NCBI RefSeq assembly: GCF_009914755.1
Contig: NC_060928.1
Length of the DNA: 64,000 bases
Reading direction: 5' to 3' (one strand)
DNA from: the human T2T-CHM13v2.0 reference genome, Homo sapiens
The position numbers and the translations under genes were made by a program. The notes below the pieces were generated by a model. That model ran no database searches. It was given only the letters and a program-made list of their open reading frames with translations, and had not been told where the DNA came from. Below, in pieces: positions 13,103 through 31,820 of the stretch. Each line of letters opens with the position of its first letter. The stretch's first letter is position 1.

Positions 13103-14120
13103 ATGGGGAGAAACCAGAGCAGAAAAGCTGAAAATTCTAAAAACCAGAGTGCCTCTTCACCTCCAAAGGATTGCAGCTCCTCGCCAGCAATGGAACAAAG
13201 CTGGACAGAGAATGACTTTGACGAGTTGAGAGAAGTAGTCTTCCAAAGGTTGGTAATAACAAATTTCTCTGAGCTAAAGGAGGATGTTTGAACCCATAGC
13301 AAGGTAGCTAAAAACACTGAAAAAAGATTAGATGAATGGCTAACCAGAATAAACAGCGTAGAGAAGACCTTAAATGACCTGATGCAGCTGAAAACAATGG
13401 CACAAGAACTACATGATGTGTGCACAAGTTTCAGTAGCTGATTCGATCAAGTGGAAGAAAACGTATCAGTGATTGAAGATCGAAATGAAGCGAGAAGAGA
13501 AGTTTAGAGAAAAAAGAGTAAAACAAAATGAACAAAGCCTCCAAGAAATATGGGACTATGTGAAAAGACCAAATCTATGTCTGATTGGTGTACCTGAAAG
13601 TGATGGGGAGAATGGAGCCAAGTTTGAAAACACTCTTCAGGATATTATCCAGGAGAACTTCCCCAGCCTAGAAAGGCAGACCAACATTCAAATTCAGGAA
13701 ATGCAGAGAACACCACAAAGATACTCCTTGAGAAGAGCAACCCCAAGACACATAATTGTCAGATTCACCAAGGTTGAAATGAAGGAAAAACTGTAAAGGG
13801 TAGCGAGAGAGAAAGGTCAGGTTACCCACAAAGGGAAGCCCGTCAGACTAACAGCTGATCTCTCAGCAGAAACTCTACAAGCCAGAAGAGAGTGGGGGCC
13901 AATATTCAACACTGTTGAAGAAAAGAATCTTCAACCTAGAATTTCATATCCAGCCAAACTAAGCTTCGTAAGTGAAGGAGAAATAAAATCCTTTACAGAC
14001 AAGCAAATGCTGAGAGATTTTGTCACCACCAGGCCTACCTTACAAGAGCTCCTGAAGGAAGCACTAAACATGGAAAAGAACAACTGGTACCAGCCACTGC
14101 AAAAACATGCCAAATTGTAA
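13103..14120 (+). pseudogene. L1 ORF1p, disrupted
   Basis: MGRNQSRKAENSKNQS...EIWDYVKRPNL...; stops and frameshifts. Confidence 0.93.
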
Positions 14121-14183
14121 AGACCATCGATGCTAGGAAGAAACTGCATCAACTAATGGGCAAAATAACCAGCTAACATCACA

Positions 14184-17989
<3,806 letters not shown>

Positions 17990-18309
17990 ACAATGAGAAC
18001 ACTTGGACACAGGGCAGGGACCATCACACATTGGGGCCTGTCTTGGGGTTGGGGGCTCGGGGAGGGGTAGCATTAGGAGAAATACCTAATGTAAATGATG
18101 AGTTAATGGGTGCAGCAAACCAACGTGGCCCATGTATACCTGTGTAACAAACCTGCACATTGTGCACATGTACTGTGTAACGTAAAGTATAATAATAATA
18201 AAAAAAAAGAAATTGCCAACCCTACTCAACAGCTGTTGGAAAAAAATTATCTGTCCTAATTATTTTGCCTTTACATGTGCAGGAATGATAAGTACTTAAG
18301 AACAAATGT

Positions 18310-19320
18310 GTTATCTCCAGGCTGGAGATCTTCATTTGGATATATGGTAATTTCCTTAAACTTAACATGTCCAGACTGAACTTCTGATCCTCCCTCCCCA
18401 ACCAAACCCCTATCACAAATACCCAATTAATATCTCTTGGACAGCAACTCTGCTCTTCTGATCACTATGTAAAAACTTTGGAGTACCTCGTTGACACTTC
18501 TTTCTCTCCCACCCTACTTCCAATTATCAGGAAATCTTAGTGTCTGAAACTTTAAAATATATTTCAAATCTGATTCTTTATTGCTACTTCTAACAACTAT
18601 CATGTCGTAAATTTTTTCATTTTTTGCCTGGATTAGGCAATAATCATCCCAGTCACATCCCCTGATTCAACTTTCTTCCATCTGTTACTGCTTTCAAGAT
18701 AGATGTCAGGAGGATCTTTTCAAAATGTTGGTTCACATAACTGAAAACCCTGTAGGGGCACCCTGCTTCACTGAGGTTAAAAACCAATATTCTGACTGTG
18801 CTCTGTAAGGCCCTATATGATCAAAATCTTGACCTCTATTCCTACCTGATCTGATCTCCCTCACATTTTCCAGCTGGGTGCCTGCTTTCTTGCTTCTTCT
18901 ATAACACATTAGGTTGTGAAGCATCCTCTGTCCTCAGGTTCTTCACTCTGTCTGCTACCTCTGTCTGGAACCCCTTACCCACTCCTCCTTCCCCCTAAAT
19001 CCCCTTGGCTATCTTTCTTACCTCTTTCCTCAAATCTTTGTCCTCTCAATAGGACTAACTTGAACCTGACATTTAAGATTGTGGGCTGTCCCCACCCCAC
19101 TACTACAAATCCTCCTTATCCCGCTGTACCCTTTTCTGAATGCACATATCATCTTTTCAAATTTTATATGTTACTTATTTATTATTTACCATATTTTTCT
19201 TATTTCTTCTTTCTATCAGAAAGCTGTAGCTGTATAAGGATGGATTTTTTGTTGATGTATCCCAAGTATTTTGTATGGTATCTAGTAAATAGCAGACAAT
19301 AAATATTTGTTGAATGAATG
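18310..19320 (+). mobile_element. L2 LINE 3' fragment
   Basis: aaacttaacatgtccagactgaactt...; ends with the canonical aataaatatttgttgaatgaatg. Confidence 0.8.
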
Positions 19321-19329
19321 GACAACATT

Positions 19330-19695
19330 TGTATTATTCTGTTCTCATGCTGCTATAAAGAGCTGCCTGAGACTGGGTAATTGATAAAGGAAAGAGGTTT
19401 AATTGGTTCACATTCCACATGACTGGGAAGGCCTCAGGAAACTTACAATCATAGTGGAATGGGAAGCAAACACGTCCTTCTTCACATGCCTGCAGGAAGG
19501 AGAAGTGCTGAGCAAAGGGAGGAAGCCCCTTATAAAACGATCAGATCTTGTGAGAACTCACTCACTGTCTTGAGAATATCATGGGGAACCTGCCCCAATG
19601 ATTTAGTTATCTCCATCTGGTCCCACCCTTGACATGTGGGGATTATTATGATTCAAGGTGAGATTTGGGTGGAGATGCCTAGCCAAACCATATCA
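19330..19695 (-). mobile_element. THE1 (THE1D-like) solo LTR
   Basis: tgtattattctgttctcatgctgctataaag...gccaaaccatatca; TSD acatt/acata. Confidence 0.9.
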
Positions 19696-20320
19696 ACATA
19701 TTAAGCCTTCTTGAGGTATTTGTATGTTTAAAAAGTTTCTTACTCATCTATAGGAATCAGCCTCCAATAACAAACTTTCATGCGGTGTGGCAGATTTCTG
19801 GGAGATAGCCTGAGGCTTTTCCACTACTCCTCCTATTAAACAATTTGCATGTCTGAAACTTCAGAATTAAAATTTGGGTCAAAAATATAGATTGGCAAAA
19901 CTATTGGTATGTTTAATGTATATATTATGCTATAAAATATATATACAAACATGAGAAACTGTTTGAAGAAATTATTGGGGGGATGTGATTATTAGTAAAA
20001 CCTCCCAAAAGACATTACAGCTTAGTGGTTAAGATCACAGGCTCTGTATTTCAGTTAAATCTTAGTTATACTACTTCCTAGTATAAGCTTGTGTGAGTTA
20101 TTGGAGTTCTCTCTGCCTCTGTAAAATCTGGACTTTCCTACAGTTGGGTACCGCAGTAAGTTTATGATAGCTGCAGGGTAGAAACATAATGAGTTGTATG
20201 CTTATTATCTGCAAAATAATATATTCAGATTGTGTGTGGAAGTTTTTATTTGGGGGACATTAAAAGTTCTTATGTCAGACACTGAATTGTACATTAGGTG
20301 ACTCTTCAGTGACCATATTT

Positions 20321-20996
20321 ATTTAAATTGACAAATAAATATTGTATATATTTATGGTATACAACACGATGCTTTAAAATATGTATACATACACTGTAGA
20401 ATGGCTAAGTCAGGCTACATAATATATGTATTACTCCACATACTTATTTTTTGTGGCAAGAACACTTGAAATCTATTATATTAGCGATTTCCAAGTATAT
20501 AATACATTGCTATTAACTATGGTTACAATGTTGTATGATACATCTCTTGAACTTATTCCTCCTGTCTAACTGAAATATTGAATACTTTGATAAACATCAA
20601 AGGATACAATCAACCTACCCCAGTCCCTGGTAACTACGATTCTACTCCCTGCTACTGTGACTTCAACTTTTTAGGCTACACAAATAAGTGAGATCGTGCA
20701 CTTTCTGTGTTTTTCTGTGTCTGACTTATTTCACGTAGCATGATGTCTCCCAGGTTTATCATTGTTATTGCAAATGACAGGATTTCCTTCCTTTTAAAGG
20801 CTGACTAGTATCCCATTGTGTATTTATACCACATTTTCTTTATTTGTTCACGTGTTTTGGGTACTTAGCTTGATTCCATATCTTGGCTGTTGTGAACAGT
20901 GCTGCGGCAAACATGGGAGTGCCAATAATTCTTCAACATATTGATTTCATTTCCTTTGGATATATACCCAGTGGTGGGATTGCTGGATTATGTGGT
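20321..20996 (-). mobile_element. L1MA (L1MA8-like) 3' fragment
   Basis: Antisense L1MA 3'UTR and ORF2 end; degenerate TSD agtga(c/t)cat(a/g)ttt. Confidence 0.85.
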
Positions 20997-23174
20997 AGTG
21001 ATCATGTTTTAGACATGATGATAATAGTTTATATCTCCTAAGGTTGTTGTAAGAAATAAAATAATGCTTATAAAGTAGTCAGATCAGTGCATGGTACCTA
21101 GTTTAAATATTCAGTATTTATTGAACAAAAGGAAAGAAAGGATGCAAAACAAAATAGAGCATACAAAAAAGTTATTTAACCAAACACAGCACTTTATGGA
21201 AAAATATATCAACTGTTTTGTTCTTGTACTAAAATATATTTTGATAATATATGTATCACTTTATATTCTTTAAGATTTAAATCTATCCTATTTGTTATGC
21301 AAAGAAAGAGCTAAATATAACTACATTGGTTCCTCCACTGACGTATATGTGTAGACATTATTTTTGTTACAACAAAGACAATATTTACTGTTGGCAAGCT
21401 ACACAGAAATACATGATGAAGGCAGAAAGAAAATATCAAGGAAACAAGTCATATCCTTTTAAGGACAAAGCTGTTCTTGTGAACAGTAATACCCAACACC
21501 ACAGGATATCCGATTAACCTGTTTCAAGAAAAGTTCCCATCGTTGAAGGACATGAAGTATATTTCACACTTAAAAGTGTATTTGTCTTCCTATCTTTAAC
21601 CTCACCCTTCCTTTTATGTTGCTTTGGTTTTTCAAATTCTCTGTGTATCCTCCTAGAAAAAATAAAATAAATAGAAAAAAAAATGAAGAAAAGAAACCCA
21701 GACACAACATTTAAGGTTAAAGAGTAAATTGTACAAAGGAATTGAAGAAAACAAGAGAGCTCTTAACTCACTTCCTCAAAGGATTGAAATTTTTATTTGA
21801 AGTCATCCTATGCATTAAAACATCACAGATTTTTATTACAGTGAATAACTATTGTGAAGTGGGGGAAGAGAAAGGAGGAAGAAGATACTATGTTTAATTC
21901 TTTTTATTGTGGTTAACATTACTGTGGTAGATGTTAGTGGTTGTAAATTGGATGAAACTTATGGAGGGCTGCTGAGTTGCTGGTCAAATTTCATCTCTTG
22001 ATTTATGAGGTCCTTATTTTGCTTCCTTTGTAATCATTACGTATAATTCATCAATCTCTACATGAATAATTTGTATGCTTTTCTTTATATCTAGTATATT
22101 TTAATTAAAAGTTCATATGCAAATAAAAAATTAAAGAGAGCTCCAAATGTATTAAAAAGAGCAAATAATTAAATTTCATCCTGGGCTGTATTGCAGTTGG
22201 TTACTGCAGTTAGCTTGTTATAGCTATGGGGGAGAAACATAATACTTCCTTTTACCTGGAGATATAAAATAACTAAATTTGTGTGTGGGAGTTTATCTTT
22301 TTGGACTACGTGTTCTGTGTGAGCCAATAAATTGTATAGTAGGTGAGTCTTCAATGATCATGTTTTAAAGACACATTGCTCAAATTTACATTGTCCTTAT
22401 TTGATCCTCTATAAAAGTAAGAAAATATCATTAAATCTTAACTCATTTGACATCATGCTGCAGGAAGATAAGGTATTAAAGTCTGGGTATATTTCTTTCT
22501 GTTGATTTAACATTATAAGGCATAGATACTGTGATATCCAAGACAATAAATAGTAAACATATTCATTATTATCTATTTTTAAAATGTCAGTTATCTTAGA
22601 AGTTATCTATTTTCCAATGTTGTGGATATTGAGGTTGATTTCTCTGATTAATGTCAAAAATCATCTGCTATAGGGAAGAAGGACTGATATCCTTTAATTT
22701 TTTGATAGACTATATGTAAAGATTTCTCTGGAAATCTAAGAACCACACAGGAGGGGACTTGAATTATACTAAAAATCAAACTCCTTTTTCAAGAAGATCA
22801 AGGGACCATAAAAGAGCTTTGCCCAGCCTGGAATACCCGTTTCCTAAGTCCTTATCTGTCTCAATTCTTTCTTGAACATGTCTATTGGTATTCACCTTCT
22901 CCAGAAAGTTTTTTGGATTGCCTAGCTAATGCAGCTCTACATTTCTATAGTTCAAACCCCTAGCACTACAGTTTATAAACAAAAATATCACAAAGGTTGG
23001 TTTGCTTGTCCTCAGCACATAGTCAATAGGTGTTTGGTGAGTGAAAAAGTTGTCAGTTGGGGCTATTGACCTTCAGAGGGGAAACTGTTATACCTGCTTG
23101 CTAATAATCTGAAACTGTCTAGCGTTAGTAGACATTCTCAATGCCTATTAATTATTTTAATTATTTAAGAGTAC

Positions 23175-23242
23175 GAAGAAAGAAGAGAAAAAAGAAATAA
23201 AAAAGAAAGGGAAAGGGAAAGGAAAGGAAAAAGGAAAAAAAG
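23175..23242 (+). repeat. Polypurine (GAAA/GGAAA) low-complexity tract
   Basis: aagaaagaagagaaaaaag...gggaaagggaaaggaaaggaaaaaggaaaaaa. Confidence 0.8.
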
Positions 23243-23369
23243 ACAATTTAGTTGAGCAGGGTTGACAAATCTCTCAAAGCAGGTCATGGTGCAAATTCTT
23301 GTGTGCCTGACACAGAAAAATAAGTAGCTTACTATTGACCAATGGTAATTTCATTCTTAAATTAAGACA

Positions 23370-23496
23370 TAGGCAATGAAACGTAGACAATAAGCATATT
23401 TTCTCCCTTTGAGTTCTACATGCATCAAATGAATCTTTGAGGGACATTCCACCAGGCCAAAGTCTAGACTAAACAGGTGTAAAAATGAGAACTATT
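23370..23496 (+). repeat. Diverged direct repeat, paired with 26914-27037
   Basis: Collinear shared blocks gagttcta, tctttgaggga, ggccaaagtctag and aggtgtaaaaatgagaactatt. Confidence 0.85.
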
Positions 23497-24799
23497 TTAA
23501 TTTTTAAAAATTAAGAATAGGCTGCATGAAGTTACAGCAGAGAAAAGGCAAGGCAAAGAATTATATCCTAAAGTATGAATCACATGTGGCTTGAGTTTAT
23601 CCATTTTTCAAGTTTAATCCCTGAATTGAACTAGAATTCACTGTCTATTAATTTTATTCTAAAATCCTCCTGTAATTTTATAAGCCAGTTTTACAAGCTT
23701 TTGGTTTAATTCATAATTGTGTAAGAAAATTGTGGTGCTCGAATCATATCAAAAACAAATTTAAACCACCCAATCCAAGCAACAAAAAACAAAAAGATAG
23801 AGAAGGTACAGAAAGACATAGAGAAAGAGACTGACAAAAATGGGAAAGCATCTAGAATTCATGTTTTGTAGAAACTTGGGCTGGAAAAAGAGGACTGAAG
23901 TGGAATATGATTGATAACTTCACAAAGTAGGCACAAATTGGAAGTCAACACAGGTTGGCTTCATTTCAATATTGATAACTTTCAAAGCATCAGAGCTGTG
24001 CAGCACCAGGCAGAAGGACCTCATGGAGGAAGGCACACTCATTACTGGAAATGTTCAAACAGGGCCTGGGTGACCACCTCTCTGGGTGTTGGATGGCCAA
24101 GACATTGAGAAGACATTCGATGAAATTTCTTCTAATTTGTAGATTCTATAGAATGTAGTATCCCACAAAGGACATGGGAAAACACCTCTCTATTTCTTTA
24201 TTCTTTCCTTTTCTCATAACCAAATAGAATTGATAAAATGCTATCTTAGAATGAATAACAGAGAGTATTATGACACATTTCATAAGTAGCTAAAATCTAT
24301 AATACTCCAAACAGAATAAATGCTAGGTTCAAATCCCTAAATCAGATGGAGAAAGGAAAATATCCAGGTCAATCTTTTATAAAATTTAAAATGTTATATT
24401 TGATATATTGCTGATTTTCTACCATTTTATTAGCTATAATGGTTATTACAGTTATAAGTTTTAATAGGTCCATATGTATATATGTATATATATGTATGTA
24501 TGTTCTAAAAGATGAGTTTAAGTGATGCAGGACTTATTAGTTCCGTAGAACATATTAACCATTGCACTATTTTTTATACTTATTAAGTAACTAATTGTAT
24601 ATCATATGGAAAAGAAAAAATAATAAGATCTAAAAACAGGTCTAACTGTCCAGAGACAGAAGGAGATAGGTCCCACGGTGTTGACTTGTACCTTGTTAGG
24701 GTGTTTCACTAAGTAATGCATATGGGGGTGTTTGAAATACATTTTCAATTAATTTAAAAGGTGTTTGTGTGCCTTTAAGGGATCAAGGATAGAATGGTA

Positions 24800-25270
24800 A
24801 ACACACTATGTTATTTTTTCACTAAGAGTCACAGTCAGTGGGAGAAACAGATAGGTGAACCTAAAATTACAGTACGTTAAGACAGACACAATAATAGAAG
24901 CACATCGAATTGCTGCAGATCAGAGAGGAGGGGCATGTATTCAGAAAGGAAAGTCAGGAAGGCTTCATGGAAAATGTGAGATTCGAGCTCCAAATTTGGA
25001 AGAGTGAATTCATGTGCGCTACATGAAGAGGAATGAAAGGATTCCAGCAGTAGAATAATTCAGAGGTATCAAACAGTCTGATACTGCCAGGTAACTGATG
25101 CCCCAAGAAAGTGCTGGACCAGTCATGAAATGGAGAGTGAAGCAGATGAATGGACAGCTGGGAGCTCAATAAAATGAGTTGCTGGCTGGAAGGGGAGGGC
25201 ATAAAGCTGGGTTGAAATAGGATGGTTAGAGGTAAGCCTGATATAAGAGTGGGTTGAAGGGCAGACAGAA
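24800..25270 (-). mobile_element. L2 fragment
   Basis: Purine-rich antisense L2 (gtcaggaaggcttcatggaaaatgtgagatt). Confidence 0.6.
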
Positions 25271-25937
25271 CTAATCTTCTGAATATTACTTTTTTTATAT
25301 AAAGCTTTCTCTAGTGTGTGGCTTTATGGCTTTATGAGTCGTGGAGTGTCTTTTGACCAGCATCAGACACCCAGGTGGCAGCCTCAAATAGCACTGCCTG
25401 TGTCCTGCTGGAAAAGCCAGATGTTGGCCTGTTGCTTTTTTTGCATGAATTTTATAAAATTGCAGAAAATTCTGGGGAAATGGAACTTTGATTAGTCATA
25501 TTTTTCTGCCCATGGGGAGAATGTGATTTTAGAAGAGATGAAAGATATGAAATACTTGATTATATGTTGTTATTTTTCATGATATATTGATGATTATATG
25601 CAATAATAAATTAAAAAGTAATAAGGAATCAATTCTTTATTTCCATGAAGAGGGATCTTAGCTGTGATTCCATAAAGGTGGGCGGGTGTTTTTAGGGAGG
25701 ATGGTTGAGGTGGATGGTAGCCTCTGCTCTTAGTTGTCTTCTTGCCTGTTGCTCATATTCCCTTTACTTTTATTTTTGTTTATTTATTTAATTTATAATT
25801 GATATATTATGGTCTTACATATTTTTGGGGTAAGTGTAATAATTTATACACGTACACAATGTGTATTGATTAAGTCAAGGCAATTGGGATATCCCTTTCA
25901 GATTTACTCCAGGGAAGATCACCTGTGCACATCTAAT

Positions 25938-26789
25938 TGAGACAGGTGACCTGGATGGCTTTGAAGTTCACCTTAGCCTGACTAAACTTTAGCCTTCTTT
26001 CTGACGGCAGCCCCAGATCTCTCTTTTCTTAGAGCATTCATTCATTTTAGAAAACTTGCAAATTGTAACTATTTCTGTGCTCCTTTGAAATGAAAATCTT
26101 TAAAAAAGCCTCTTGCCAGTTTTGCAATCTAGAATTGTTTTTCTCAAGGAGCTGAGGGTCTTCCCCCTCCTTTTTTTTTTTTTTGAGACCGAATCTCGCT
26201 CTGTCGCCCAGGCTGGAGTGCAGTGATGCGATGTCGGTTCACACCATCCTCCTGCCTCAGCCTCCCGAGTAGCTGGGACTACAGGCGCCCACCACCATGC
26301 CCGGCTAATTTTTTATATTTTCAGTAGAGACGGGGTTTCACTGTGTTAGCCAGGATGGTCTCCACCTCCTGACCTCGTGATCCGCCCACCTCGGCCTCCC
26401 AAAGTGCTGGGATTACAGGCGTGAACCACCGCGCCCGGCCATGGTGGTGGTGGGGGGTGGGGTGTCGGGGGGTGGTCCTCCTTTCGAAATGCAATCATCA
26501 AGAAAGAGCCCCCATCTTTCTGGCTCTGTGTGGGGATAGGAGCCTAACTTAGTTAAGCAAAAATTAGCAAACACAGATGGCCTAATTGCATTGACCAATT
26601 CCCCACAAATGCCTCCTGTACTTTTTCCACTCTCTCACCTCAGCATTTAAAAGCTCTTCCAACTTTGGTTTCTGCAGAATTGAGTTCAATCTCTTTCCCT
26701 TATTGCCATAATCTTGGCCCCAAACGCAATAGGTGTGGAATAAATCTTCCTTACCTGTTTAACTTGTCCACTGCAACTTTTCTTTGACA
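25938..26789 (+). mobile_element. MER67-family solo LTR with an inserted AluY
   Basis: tgagacagg...tgactaaactttag...ttagaaaacttgcaa...tctttgaca; homologous to 40650-41490. Confidence 0.75.
26171..26440 (-). mobile_element. AluY-like element with a small internal deletion
   Basis: CpG-rich, ends ccgcgcccggcc; deletion junction gatgtcggttcacacc; probable TSD cctccttt. Confidence 0.92.
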
Positions 26790-27797
26790 TACGGTATGCC
26801 TAGAATCACACTAAAAGATGGCCACATAAATCTATAGCCAAAAGTTTCAGTATAAGGTGAAATTGGCCATAGTAGCACGTGTTCGTGCTAGGTGACTGGA
26901 GATTTTAAAAACCTAGGTAATCAACGTAGTGTCTCTCTTCGAGTTCTATGTGCACAAGGTGAGTCTTTGAGGGATGTTCCACTGGGCCAAAGTCTAGGCC
27001 AAAAGATCTTTTAAAAGGTGTAAAAATGAGAACTATTGAGGGCAGAATGATTAGCTGTGTGAACTGAAAGTAAATATAGAATACTGGGATGGGACTGAAG
27101 GATGGAGATAATTATTCTTCTGCACGTTCAAGGAGTTAAGTTGCTGTGATTTTTTTTCCAGAGGTAAGATGGAAAATTAAGTCATATATGCAACAAATCT
27201 CTTTTTATGATGGTAAGTTTCTTTGAACTTTTTTATGCCTTCCAACTAGTGAAGATAATTGGATAGGTTATCCAATGATTCTTATATGACAACTTTGCTT
27301 GCAAAAACAAAGTGGGTCAAAAATGCAAATATAGCCTTCTGCTTTAATGCAAATATGGGAAATAAGCAATTATCTGACAAATGGCAGCTGTTTAAACTGC
27401 AGGATACTAAACTGGTATCTTAGCAGGGGTGTCATTATCTATAGGCCATTTAAAGTTTGTTTCTTTATTATTTCATTTTTATTGGCTTTGGTTTTAAAAA
27501 GGGAAAGATAAACTCCCCAACTGAAGGCTTTATTACTTTTACTATATAAATGTTGCTCTATTACCAAAAAGATATGTTGTTATTTGATTAAAGTTCTCAA
27601 AAGAGTAATCTCAACTTTTTTATTATTTCTATTTAGAGATAAAGAAAATACTTGAGTGTGTGTGTGTGTTTGTGTAGCAGCCAAGTTGAAACTTTTATGT
27701 TGACATTATTCTTGTTGAAATTTATCTTCACAATTCATAGAAATTGGTGATTGATGAGAAATTTTAATTTTTTTAAGTAAAATTTGGATTTGCTTAG

Positions 27798-27891
27798 CAT
27801 CTCAGGACAGAACATTCTTCATGGATAGAATTCTGTTCTACATGGAAGTGGGCAGATAAATGGGGCAAACTGTGGTGGAATGGCAAAGGAG
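27798..27891 (+). other. Candidate exon
   Basis: Strong donor GAG|gtaagg; acceptor ambiguous (27798, 27806 or 27829); open frame HLRTEHSSWIEFCSTWKWADKWGKLWWNGKG. Confidence 0.4.
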
Positions 27892-27968
27892 GTAAGGTTA
27901 CTTTCCATTGCTCCCGTTTACTTTTTTTTTCATTTACTCCTAAGCACCGTCTCTCTCTTTCATTTCAG

Positions 27969-28018
27969 GTATTCAGTATCCTGTTAATTGTAATCCGATC
28001 TCCCCTGGAGAGAAAATG
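27969..28018 (+). other. Candidate exon after a 77-nt intron
   Basis: Acceptor ctctctctttcatttcag| and donor ATG|gtaatt; in frame with the previous candidate (GIQYPVNCNPISPGEKM). Confidence 0.45.
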
Positions 28019-28352
28019 GTAATTACTTTCAGGTTCATGAATACCAATAATACCAATTGATGTATTTACCTCATTATTTTCTTTGATATGACAGCTACAC
28101 TAATAGATCAGAACAAAATGTGTCCATGTAGTATCTTGAGTTCATCAAGTCACTTTGCAAGTTATCTCCAATATATTGTGGGTTAGCTATAGCAATATAA
28201 GCTAGATGCTGTAGATAGATTAATAATCAAATGTCTGCATTCATAGAATGACTACTAATGAACTGCTGTCAACAAGAAGAAAAAAGTTCGATCGGTGTAA
28301 GTGGTAGCTGGGTCCCTTTTCTCTTTACTATGTTCTTAAATGAACACATACA

Positions 28353-28743
<391 letters not shown>

Positions 28744-29284
28744 TTATCAGACTGGGAAATTGTGTTATGCCTAATAATATTACTTTTATTAAGGATGAAA
28801 GTAAAATCCGACACTGGTGAACTCAAATCCCATGAGAGTAGGGACAGACATGGCACAAAGCATGGAAAATGGAACGAGATTTTAACTGAAAATACATTTA
28901 ATATGAATCATCAATCAGATATGATCGCTATAGAGGCTAGTGCAACTTTGGCTAAATTAATAGAAATGTAGTTTAGAGAATGAGGGAGGCATTATCTTTC
29001 TCTTTTCTGTGTGTCAGGCAACACTTTGCTGATTGCTTTTAGTCCTAAGTGCCACAGTTTAAGGGAAAAATGCACAAATTGAGGACAGTTAATGGAAGGG
29101 TCTGGGGAAGAAGATGCCATGCTATAGAACTTTAGGAAGCACTGGAGCTATTTAATATGATGAAATGAATGTGCCTGTGTGTATCTGTGTGGTTAGAAGC
29201 ATGAAATGGGTCAAAGATGGTTACCTGCATTCTATTTAGATCTAACAAATAGAATTAGGAGAATTAGAATTAAAGAGTGCATAG

Positions 29285-29587
<303 letters not shown>

Positions 29588-29636
29588 TCAAAGAACGTAC
29601 TCTAAATGGGGACATTCTTTTGTCTAATAAATCTTA

Positions 29637-30382
<746 letters not shown>

Positions 30383-30530
30383 AGGGTTTTTTTTTTTTCA
30401 AAATCTCTGTTTAAGTGAAGTTACTTTTTTAGTAAATGCTTTTAGTAAACTTTCATAACCTCTTTTCTTAGATGTTTCTTTGCACTTCTGTAAGAAAGTT
30501 CATGGCAAGAGCTTGTTTAAGAATGTTTCG

Positions 30531-30833
30531 GGCCGGGGCACGGTGGCTCACGCCTGTAATCCCAGCACTTTGGGAGGCTGAGGCGGGCGGATCATGAGGT
30601 CAGGAGGTCGACACCATCCTGGCTTACATGGTGAAACCCCATTTCTACTAAAAATACAAAAAATTAGCTGGGCGTGGTGGCGGGCGCCTGTAGTCCCAGC
30701 TACTCGGGAGGCTGAGGCAGGAGAATGGCGTGAACCCAGGAGGCGGAGCTTGCAGTGAGCCGAGATTGCCTCACTGCACTCCACGTGGACTCCAGCCTGG
30801 GCAACAGTGCGACCCTCCATCTCGAAAAAAAAA
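30531..30833 (+). mobile_element. AluY
   Basis: CpG-rich, gaatggcgtgaaccc...ggagcttgcag; TSD aagaatgtttc at 30519-30529 and 30834-30844. Confidence 0.95.
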
Positions 30834-31300
30834 AAGAATGTTTCTTCTATTACTGGAAGTGCTGACTACATGTCTTATGTTAAAGTTGCTTAAATGATCA
30901 TATGATTTTTATTGGTAGTATTTAATTACGAGTTCCATTTGTCTTTTCTTTAATAGCCTCATTTAACCTCTGTCACTACAGTTGTTATTGCTATCATATG
31001 ACTTGTAAGATAATTCCAAATATGTGGATAGAAAGTAAAAGTTTTAATGAGTCACTAAAAGATCCATTTGATGGTTCTTTCATGTTTTTGTCTTGACTTG
31101 CAACTCCAGAAGCTGCTCACCTTCATGATTTTGTCTGAAATCTGGATGATCTTTTGCCTGGATAATGGTCAACACTCAATTTGGCTTTGAAGAGTCAGGC
31201 CCACAATCTCAATTGTGATATAGAGGAGAGCCCACATTTCTACTCAGATTTTTGCTACAAAAATAGAATTCGTATCTAAAATAATAAAGAATTAATTGAT

Positions 31301-31820
31301 ATCTCATATAAGTTGAATCATGCAATATCTGTCCTTCTGTGACTGGCTTATTTTACTTAGCATAACTCCCTCTAGGTTCATCTATTTCACCTATATGATG
31401 TATCTAAGATACTTAAACGCATAGAAGCTGAAAATAGGATGATGGTTGCTAGAGGTTGTCAGGAGGGGAAGAATGGGGAATTGTTGCTTAACAGGTATAA
31501 AATTTCAATTATGAAAGATGAATAAGTTCTAGAAATCTTCTGTACAACACAGTGACTATAGGTAACAATATGGTATTAGACACAGTAATTTGTTAAGAGG
31601 ATAAATCTCAAGTTGACTGTTCTTATCACAAAAAAAACAACATAAAAGACAATGACAAAAACAAAACATAAAAGAATACAAGGGCATTTTGGGAGGTGAT
31701 AGATATGTTTAATAACTTGATTTCAGTGATGGTATCTCTGGCTGCATGAATTGGTCCAAACTGATCAAACTTGCAGTATGGTTTTTCTGTATATTAATTA
31801 TACCTCAATAAAGCTGTTAA
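31301..31820 (+). mobile_element. L1MB-type 3' end with an inverted 5' segment
   Basis: About 31301-31385 is antisense and about 31386-31820 is sense, ending ataccctcaataaagctg-like (tacctcaataaagctg); degenerate TSD around aattaatt. Confidence 0.75.
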
